Assembly: GCA_024274695.1 (NCBI GenBank)
Contig: JAJSAI010000006.1
Location: 1 to 52,893, forward strand
Reading direction: 5' to 3'
Origin: an archaeon
GTDB taxonomy: Archaea > B1Sed10-29 > JAJSAI01
DNA: 52,893 bases
Made by a program: the position numbers and the translations under genes. Of the stretch, positions 46,405-52,893 are shown one piece after another; positions within the stretch are counted from its first letter, which is position 1, and the number at the start of each line of letters is the position of its first letter. The notes under the pieces are model-generated. The model searched no databases and had not been told where the DNA came from. It saw only the letters and a program-made list of their open reading frames with translations.

Positions 46405-46480
46405 GCGCCGTTAGTCTAGTCTGGTAGGACACGGCCCTGCCACGGCCGTGGCCCGGGTTCGAATCCCGGACGGCGCACCA
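46405..46480 (+). tRNA. tRNA-Gly(GCC)
   Basis: GCGCCGT/ACGGCGC; CGGCC-CTGCCAC-GGCCG; CCA. Confidence 0.96.
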
Positions 46481-46513
46481 TCCCCTAAAAAGGAAGAAGA
46501 GCAATGGTGCTGG

Positions 46514-47698
46514 ATGAGGAACAAGATAACTGCCGTAAAGCTAAGGACAGTGCTGGACTCCACAGGAAGGAAAACAGTGGAGGCAGAGGTAGTAACAGAC
46601 TTTGGCAGGGGAATTGCAGCATCCCCCAGGGGAACAAGCACAGGAAAACACGAAGCCGTTTTTGCCCCAAGACCAATTGAAGAACTTGTCTCCCAGGCAG
46701 AAAGAGGGCTCGTGCCAAGGCTCTTGACCCTGGAGTCCCAGGCCGAAGTGGACACGGAAATAGAAGAGTATGACGGGACAGGGAACTTCTCGTTCGTGGG
46801 AGGCGCGGTGTCCACAGCAGTATCCATGGCAGCGGCAAAAGCGTTCGCCAGCGCGTTCGGAATGCCGTTGTACCAGACGCTCGCGCTCACTAACACCCTG
46901 CCATTCCTGCTCTCAAAAGTGATCGGGGGAGGAATGCACGCGCATAACGGGTGCGACGTACAAGAGATCCTGGTCCTGGGAAAAGGAAGGAGCGTAAGAG
47001 AGTGCGCGGAGATCAACAGGACGGTGCACGAGAGGATAGGGAACATCCTCAGGACAGGAACAGACCTTGAAGGAGGATGGGTAGCGCCCCTCACATGCGA
47101 GGAGGCCCTTGGGCTCGTCACGGACGTGATAACAGAAGCAGGGCTCAGGGCAAGCGTCGGTATTGACGTGGCAGGGAGCACCATCTACCGCAGGGGAGCA
47201 TACTTTTATAAACGAGAGGGAAGGAAAAGAGATTCAGGGGAACAAGCCGAGTTCATAAAATCGCTCGTCAAAAACTACAAGCTCGTTTACGTGGAAGACC
47301 CCTTCCACGAAGAAGATTTCGAAAACCACCGCCAACTGACAAAAGCCCTTGGGAAAAGGGTTTTCGTGTGCGGAGACGATCTTTACGCGACCAACCTGAA
47401 GAGAGTAGAAGAAAACCCCAAGGCGACCAACACCGTGCTCATAAAACCAAACCAGGCGGGCACGCTCACCCGAATGTTCAATGCGATAACAGCCGCTCAG
47501 AACAACGGGCAGGGCATTGTCCTCTCCCACAGGTCCGCCGAAACAAACGATGCGAGCATCGCACACTACGCGGTCGCGTTCGATGCCAAGATGATAAAGA
47601 TAGGGATAGTCGGCGGAGAGAGGACAGCAAAGATAAACGAGCTCATAAGAATAGAAGAGCAAATGGAAAAACCGCGGATGATCGCACTAAAAAAATGA
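46514..47698 (+). CDS. eno: Enolase
   Basis: LDSTG..TVE, STGKHEA, EDPF, GDDL, IKPNQ, SHRS, ERTAK. Confidence 0.93.
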   Translation: MRNKITAVKLRTVLDSTGRKTVEAEVVTDFGRGIAASPRGTSTGKHEAVFAPRPIEELVSQAERGLVPRLLTLESQAEVDTEIEEYDGTGNFSFVGGAVSTAVSMAAAKAFASAFGMPLYQTLALTNTLPFLLSKVIGGGMHAHNGCDVQEILVLGKGRSVRECAEINRTVHERIGNILRTGTDLEGGWVAPLTCEEALGLVTDVITEAGLRASVGIDVAGSTIYRRGAYFYKREGRKRDSGEQAEFIKSLVKNYKLVYVEDPFHEEDFENHRQLTKALGKRVFVCGDDLYATNLKRVEENPKATNTVLIKPNQAGTLTRMFNAITAAQNNGQGIVLSHRSAETNDASIAHYAVAFDAKMIKIGIVGGERTAKINELIRIEEQMEKPRMIALKK

Positions 47699-47753
47699 CA
47701 AAGAATTGATAACCCGCATTGTTTTCTTGCGGGAGAAAAGGAGGTGCATAAAT

Positions 47754-48374
47754 TTGGCTGAAACAACAAACCAACTGGTACCCCTTGAAAAACTGTTGGA
47801 AGCAGGAGTGCACATAGGCAGCAAGTTCAAGACAGGGAACATGAAAAGGTTCGTGTACAAGCACAGGAACGATGGCCTGTGCGTGCTTGACGTGAACCAG
47901 ACCCAGGAAAGGATAAGGATTGCTGCAAGGTTCTTGGCCACGTACGATCCGGAGGACATCCTGATAGTCGCAGGAAGGGCGTATGCTCAAAAGCCAGCCA
48001 AGACCATGGCGGAAACGATACAAGCGAAGTATGTTATAGGAAGGTTCATTCCAGGAACCCTGACCAACCCTGCTAACGAGAACTTCGTGGAACCACGGGT
48101 AGTGCTCGTAGCAGACCCTCCGATAGACAGGCAGGCGATACAAGAAGCGAAGAAGGCAAAGATACCTGTCATCTCCTTGTGCGACAGCAGCAACCTTACC
48201 AAGAACATTGACCTGGTTATACCAGCCAACAACAAGGGGAAGAAGAGCCTTGCCCTCATCTTCTGGCTTCTGACAAGGGAGTTCCTGAAGAACAAGGGCA
48301 TCATAAAATCTGACTCCGAGTTCAAGAAAAGGCCTGAGGAGTATGAGTCAGGAAGAGAAAGGAGGCAGTCTTAG
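47754..48374 (+). CDS. rps2: 30S ribosomal protein S2
   Basis: AGVHIG, GRFIPGTLTN, IPANNKG; TTG start after GGAGGTG. Confidence 0.96.
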   Translation: MAETTNQLVPLEKLLEAGVHIGSKFKTGNMKRFVYKHRNDGLCVLDVNQTQERIRIAARFLATYDPEDILIVAGRAYAQKPAKTMAETIQAKYVIGRFIPGTLTNPANENFVEPRVVLVADPPIDRQAIQEAKKAKIPVISLCDSSNLTKNIDLVIPANNKGKKSLALIFWLLTREFLKNKGIIKSDSEFKKRPEEYESGRERRQS

Positions 48375-49167
48375 AAGCCCCGCAGTAGCAGGAACATTTT
48401 ATCCTGGAGAGAAGAAAGCGCTCGAAAGAGCACTTCAAAACCTTTTCAAACCCCCTGCCGAAAAGCCCGAGGGGAACATTGTGGGGCTCGTGTGTCCCCA
48501 CGCGGGTTACATTTATTCCGGCAGGACTGCCGCGCGAGCATACTCTCTCCTGCAAGGCTCAACAAGACGGAGTGTTGTGGTAATAGGCCCGAACCACACG
48601 GGCCTAGGCGCTCCCGTCTCCGTTTACCCCGAGGGAGAGTGGGAGACTCCCCTCGGGAGAGTGCCAGTGGACTCCGAAAAAGCCGAAAGGCTGGGGAGCT
48701 TGTTCTGGAAAGACGAGCTGGCTCACCTGCACGAGCACTCGGTCGAAGTCCAGATACCCTTTTTACAGCACACGCTGAAGGAGTTTAGGCTCGTGGCAGT
48801 GTGCATGATGGACCAGAGAATCGGAACGGCCAGGCGCTTGGGCCAAGCCTTGCACGAGATCCTCGACCCAGAGAAAGACCTTGTGGTGGCTTCCACAGAC
48901 TTTTCTCATTACGTTCCCCAGAACGTGGCAGAAGAAAACGACCGGATGGCGATAAAGGCCATAGAAGAAGGAGATCAGGAAGGCCTTTACTCTCTGGTGC
49001 GCAGGGGCCTTAGCATGTGCGGCTACGGGCCAGTGTGCGCGCTAATGGAGTACGTGAGGCTCTTGAAAGGGAGAATTCGGAACATAGAGTACTCCACCAG
49101 CGCTGAAACTAACGGGGACTATTACAATGTTGTCGGGTACGCTTCTTTTTATGCAGAGGTGGAATGA
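48343..49167 (+). CDS. MEMO1 family protein (AmmeMemoRadiSam B)
   Basis: PAVAGTFYP, PHAGYIYSG, GPNHTG, EHSVEVQ, STDFSHY, MCGYGP. Confidence 0.95.
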   Translation: MSQEEKGGSLRSPAVAGTFYPGEKKALERALQNLFKPPAEKPEGNIVGLVCPHAGYIYSGRTAARAYSLLQGSTRRSVVVIGPNHTGLGAPVSVYPEGEWETPLGRVPVDSEKAERLGSLFWKDELAHLHEHSVEVQIPFLQHTLKEFRLVAVCMMDQRIGTARRLGQALHEILDPEKDLVVASTDFSHYVPQNVAEENDRMAIKAIEEGDQEGLYSLVRRGLSMCGYGPVCALMEYVRLLKGRIRNIEYSTSAETNGDYYNVVGYASFYAEVE

Positions 49168-50172
49168 ATGGGGAAAGCTTCGGCACCGGGAAAAATAACC
49201 ATACTCGGAGAATACGCTGTGCTGTACGGAAAGCTTGGGATAGCGGCCGCCGTTCAGGAGAGAGTGCACGCGGAGGCCTCAGAGCACGAGAACATCCTGA
49301 TTGACCTGAACGGAAAGAAAAAGGAGTACTCTATCCAGGAGGCCAAGAGGCTGTTCGTGGAATCAGAGGGAATGATAGAAAGGAAGGACGCGGAGTCCCT
49401 TCACAAGCTGGTCTCCGAAAGGTTTCCGGCGATCTGCGCCCTGGCCTGGAAGTGCCTGGAGCTAAAAGGATCTGAGAATGGAGTGCACCTGAAGATAACC
49501 CACACCCTCCCTGAGGAAAAGGGCCTTGGGTTTTCTTCAGCACTGTCTGTCGCGGTCGCTGGAGCGATAATAGGACACAACACGGACTCCGAGAAGAGAA
49601 GGGTTTTTGACGCGAGCCTGTTCGGTGACAGCATAGCCCACCTTAATCCCAGCGGTTTGGACTGTGAGACGAGCATAAAAGGAGGATTCATCTCGTACAG
49701 GAAAGGGTTCGGGCCGAAAAAAGTGGATGTTGACATGGAACTCCCGATAGTCATAGGAGACACAGGGACCAAGAGCGACGCGGTCAGGATGGTCAGGAGA
49801 GTAATGGACATGGTGAGCACGAACCCTGCTGCCAAGAGATGGATAGAAGAGCTTGACGAGGCTGCCAGGGACGGTCTCGAGGCCCTGAAGAAGAGGGACC
49901 TGGAAGAGCTCGCGTTCAACATAAACAAGTCCCAAGAGCTCTTAAGGCACCTGAGAGTGTCAACCCCGAAAATAGAGGACCTTATCATAGCCAGCCTGCG
50001 GGCAGGGGCGATCGCGGCAGAAATCGCGGGCCAAGGAGGCGGGGGAGCGATGTTCGCGCTGTGCGAGAAACCAGAGGACGTGGAAAAAGTGGCCATGGCC
50101 ATAGAAAAGGCAGGAGGGAGGGTCATAAAAACCACGATAGGCGGGCCAGGACTGCAGGTTACCGGAGAATAA
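49168..50172 (+). CDS. mvk: Mevalonate kinase (GHMP family), divergent motifs
   Basis: APGK..GEYA, GLGFSSA, PSGLD, GQGGGG; located in the rps2-MEMO-mvk-ipk-fni cluster. Confidence 0.85.
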   Translation: MGKASAPGKITILGEYAVLYGKLGIAAAVQERVHAEASEHENILIDLNGKKKEYSIQEAKRLFVESEGMIERKDAESLHKLVSERFPAICALAWKCLELKGSENGVHLKITHTLPEEKGLGFSSALSVAVAGAIIGHNTDSEKRRVFDASLFGDSIAHLNPSGLDCETSIKGGFISYRKGFGPKKVDVDMELPIVIGDTGTKSDAVRMVRRVMDMVSTNPAAKRWIEELDEAARDGLEALKKRDLEELAFNINKSQELLRHLRVSTPKIEDLIIASLRAGAIAAEIAGQGGGGAMFALCEKPEDVEKVAMAIEKAGGRVIKTTIGGPGLQVTGE

Positions 50173-50235
50173 CGGCGGATGCCGTGGCAAGCCTTTTATT
50201 ACGACCGGGAATAATTCCTTGCAGGTGACCGGAAA

Positions 50236-51030
50236 ATGGGGGAACTTATCATAGTCAAGCTCGGCGGGTCCGTAATAACAAAAAAAGACTCCGAGACTCC
50301 TGAAGTGAACAAGGAAACGCTGGACAGACTAGCAGGGGAACTGGGAGAGTGGTATTCTCCTGAAAAAAGGCTTGTGATCATTCACGGGGCCGGCAGCTAC
50401 GGGCACGTTATCGTCAGAAAAACAGGCATACACGAGGGCGTGAAGAATTTTGAGCAAAGGCTTGCTTTCGCAGAAACCCAGAGGCTGCAGAACGAGCTTG
50501 ACGTGATAGTGTGCAAAAGTATGATAAAAGAGGGTATTCCTGCGTTCCCTGTTCAGGCCAGTGCCACGGCGGTCATGAACAAAGGGAAACTGGAAAAAAT
50601 GGATTACGAGGTTGTGAAAGGACTCGTCAACGCTGGGATTGTGCCAGTACTCTACGGCGTGCCAGCGTATGATACCACGAGGGTCTGTTCAATACTGTCC
50701 GGAGACGTCATCGCCCCCTACCTTGCCGTGAGGCTGGGAGCGAAGATGATGATCCACGGGACTAATGTTAACGGAGTGTACACAAAAGATCCTCGGAAGC
50801 ATGAGGACGCAGAGCACATTCCAGAGGTAAGCCCTGAAAACTGGGAGAAAGTAAGAGAAGCGCTGGGAGGATCAGCGGACACGGACGTGACAGGGGGAAT
50901 GAGAGGCAAGGTGGAAGAAGCGTACGAGCTCGCGCGGAAAGGAGTCATGTCCAGGATAGTAGACATTACTGTCCCGGGAATGCTGTTAAAAGCCCTGAAC
51001 GGAGAAAGGGTTGGAACTCTCATAAGGTGA
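50236..51030 (+). CDS. ipk: Isopentenyl phosphate kinase
   Basis: KLGGSVIT, HGAGSYGH, ILSGD, DVTGGMRGK. Confidence 0.93.
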   Translation: MGELIIVKLGGSVITKKDSETPEVNKETLDRLAGELGEWYSPEKRLVIIHGAGSYGHVIVRKTGIHEGVKNFEQRLAFAETQRLQNELDVIVCKSMIKEGIPAFPVQASATAVMNKGKLEKMDYEVVKGLVNAGIVPVLYGVPAYDTTRVCSILSGDVIAPYLAVRLGAKMMIHGTNVNGVYTKDPRKHEDAEHIPEVSPENWEKVREALGGSADTDVTGGMRGKVEEAYELARKGVMSRIVDITVPGMLLKALNGERVGTLIR

Positions 51031-51037
51031 AAAAAAG

Positions 51038-52060
51038 ATGACCAAGACCGAAGAAAGGAAAAACGACCACCTGAACATCTGTGTTAACGAGAATGTTGAG
51101 ACCGGGAGCACGTGGCTGGAGCACGTGAAGCTCGTTCACTATAGCCTGCCCGAGATTAACTTCAACGAGGTTGACACGAGCACGGAGTTCCTCGGCAAAA
51201 AGTTCAGCATGCCTCTGATGATAACCGCGATAACAGGGGGGACCAAAAGAGCTCAGGAGATTAACAGGAAGATCGCGCGCGTAGCGCAGGATAAAGGAAT
51301 CGGGATGGGAGTGGGAAGCCAGAGGATCATGATAGAAAAGCCTGGGACGAGCGAGACGTTCTACGTCAGGGACATCGCTCCCGACATTTTCCTGGCGGGA
51401 AACATTGGAGTCTATCAGATCAAACAGTACTCTCCAGAACAGGTGCTGGAAGCAACGGACAGGATAGAGGCTGACGCCTTGTGCGTTCACCTGAACGCCG
51501 CGCAGGAGGTGTTCCAGCCGGAGGGGGACACTGATTTTTCAGGATGCCTGGACGCACTGTCTGACCTGTGCAAAGCGGCAGGGATCCCGGTGATAGCAAA
51601 AGAGGTCGGAAACGGGATAAACAGGACACTGGCTAAAGAGCTCGTCAGCGCAGGAGTTAGCGCGATAGACACTGAAGGAGTAGGAGGAACCAGCTGGATA
51701 CTTGTGGACTCCTTGAGGGGAGGTCCTGACCCCTCACAGTTCCTTGACTGGGGAATCCCCACAGCCGCGTCCGTCATGGAATGCGCGGCCGCAGGCGTGC
51801 CCGTAATAGCTTCGGGAGGAATCAGGACCGGGCTTGACATGGCCAAGGCGATATCCCTTGGCGCGAGCCTGGCCGGGTTCGCGCTGCCTGCCCTGAAGGC
51901 CGTGGAAGAAAACAGGCTAATAGACCTGCTGGACAGGATAGGGTTTGAGCTCAAGACAAGCATGTTCCTTACAAGGTCCCGGACCGTTTCTGACCTGGCC
52001 AGGGCAGAAAAAGTGATTACAGGCCCCTTACTGGAATGGGCCGGACAGCGCATGAAATAA
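51038..52060 (+). CDS. fni: Type 2 isopentenyl-diphosphate isomerase
   Basis: RKNDH, GVGSQR, HLNAAQE, KEVGNG, GGTSW, WGIPT, SGGIR. Confidence 0.96.
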   Translation: MTKTEERKNDHLNICVNENVETGSTWLEHVKLVHYSLPEINFNEVDTSTEFLGKKFSMPLMITAITGGTKRAQEINRKIARVAQDKGIGMGVGSQRIMIEKPGTSETFYVRDIAPDIFLAGNIGVYQIKQYSPEQVLEATDRIEADALCVHLNAAQEVFQPEGDTDFSGCLDALSDLCKAAGIPVIAKEVGNGINRTLAKELVSAGVSAIDTEGVGGTSWILVDSLRGGPDPSQFLDWGIPTAASVMECAAAGVPVIASGGIRTGLDMAKAISLGASLAGFALPALKAVEENRLIDLLDRIGFELKTSMFLTRSRTVSDLARAEKVITGPLLEWAGQRMK

Positions 52061-52090
52061 ATACTCTCTGCCCCTATATCCTCTTTGAAC

Positions 52091-52893
52091 ATGAACACAG
52101 AGAGCACTTTCCTCCAGGTTTTCGACTCCCTGTCACAAAAGGCTTTGAAGAGAGCAGAGTACAGGGTAATGGACAGCACCGCCCCCCACTTCAATGAATT
52201 GTTCGACCAGGCCCTGAAGAGATTCCCCAAGCTTAAAAACAGCCCTAAGGTCAGAGAAATAAAAAAGAAGGCCATGCAGATCTATGCCCTGAACTTTTTC
52301 GAGCACGCGTACCACAGTGTCATGAAACGAGCGAAGGAACACGGCATAAAGGGCACGGTCAGCAAGCCGGAAGTGTACCTGTCAAAGATCAAGCCAAGGA
52401 TAACAGAACAAATGATGAAAAAAGGCATTCCCAAAGAGATTGCCGAAAACATTGCAGACGCTCCCATAGACAGGCACACCCTGCGGGGATACGCTGGAGA
52501 GCTCGTTACCGAGCTCCTGATGAAGGCAACCTACGGTAAGAAAAATTACTACGGGGAAGCGGGAGACATTTTCGCGCAGCCCAGGGTGTACTCTAAAGGG
52601 AAGAGGGGAAAGTACCTCACGGTGGACGGGAGCATAAAATACGTTCTCCCTGACGACAAGAGCACCCACTACTTTTTCGTGGAAGTGAAAACAGCGCCGA
52701 AGACAAGCGGACAGATAATGAAAATAGTTGATAAATACTCCAAGAAAACGTTGGACACTCCTGATGGGGTGAAAAAAGGAGAGAGGGGACTGTTGGTCTT
52801 GCTGGGCAACGAGGAAGTTGACTTCAAGACGAAACTAGAAGCCTACAAGAAGGGAGTGGTGATTATAGACAAGAGCACGTTCAACAGGCTCAT
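52091..52893 (+). CDS. PD-(D/E)xK nuclease-fold protein, runs off window end; not in the ORF track
   Basis: Open frame MNTESTF...RGYAGELV...LTVDGSI...FFVEVKT...GLLVLLG to the end of the window. Confidence 0.7.
   Translation, partial: MNTESTFLQVFDSLSQKALKRAEYRVMDSTAPHFNELFDQALKRFPKLKNSPKVREIKKKAMQIYALNFFEHAYHSVMKRAKEHGIKGTVSKPEVYLSKIKPRITEQMMKKGIPKEIAENIADAPIDRHTLRGYAGELVTELLMKATYGKKNYYGEAGDIFAQPRVYSKGKRGKYLTVDGSIKYVLPDDKSTHYFFVEVKTAPKTSGQIMKIVDKYSKKTLDTPDGVKKGERGLLVLLGNEEVDFKTKLEAYKKGVVIIDKSTFNRL

Noticed and set aside
10754-52669. Many minus-strand and alternative-frame ORFs, e.g. 16948-17910, 18032-18886, 25307-26113, 41444-42259, 51487-52275
   Set aside because: Shadow ORFs of conserved purine-rich + strand genes; Ser/Phe/Leu-rich with no recognisable motifs

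Overview
Archaeal chromosomal window. Split rpoB and rpoA, archaeal ribosomal proteins, a short RpoD and many orphan ORFs suggest a DPANN-like lineage (inference only). It holds the core information-processing superoperon (rpoH-B''-B'-A'-A''-L30e-nusA-S12-S7-EF2-EF1a-S10, then archease-rtcB, the L3-to-secY cluster, cbf5, and S13-S4-S11-rpoD-L18e-L13-S9-rpoN). It also carries mevalonate-pathway genes (class II HMG-CoA reductase, mvk, ipk, fni), trkH/trkA, carbamate kinase/OTC, trxB, enolase and 22 tRNA genes. The unusual signal is non-coding. Six tRNA genes carry seven structured inserts, most built from two small repeat families. Family A (about 40-50 nt hairpin plus a TACCYTC tail) starts both tRNA-Pro introns, follows tRNA-Ala, and lies inverted behind tRNA-Ser(GGA) and tRNA-Leu(CAA) between duplicated tRNA 3' ends. 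Family B comprises homologous ~50-nt introns shared by tRNA-Thr, -Tyr and -Leu. Together these look like tRNA-targeted miniature mobile elements that may seed introns. Other observations: an in-frame TAA in rps13, a shared leader motif upstream of rpl3 and rps13, and divergent RNA polymerase active-centre motifs. All alignments and structures were done by eye; no database search was run.
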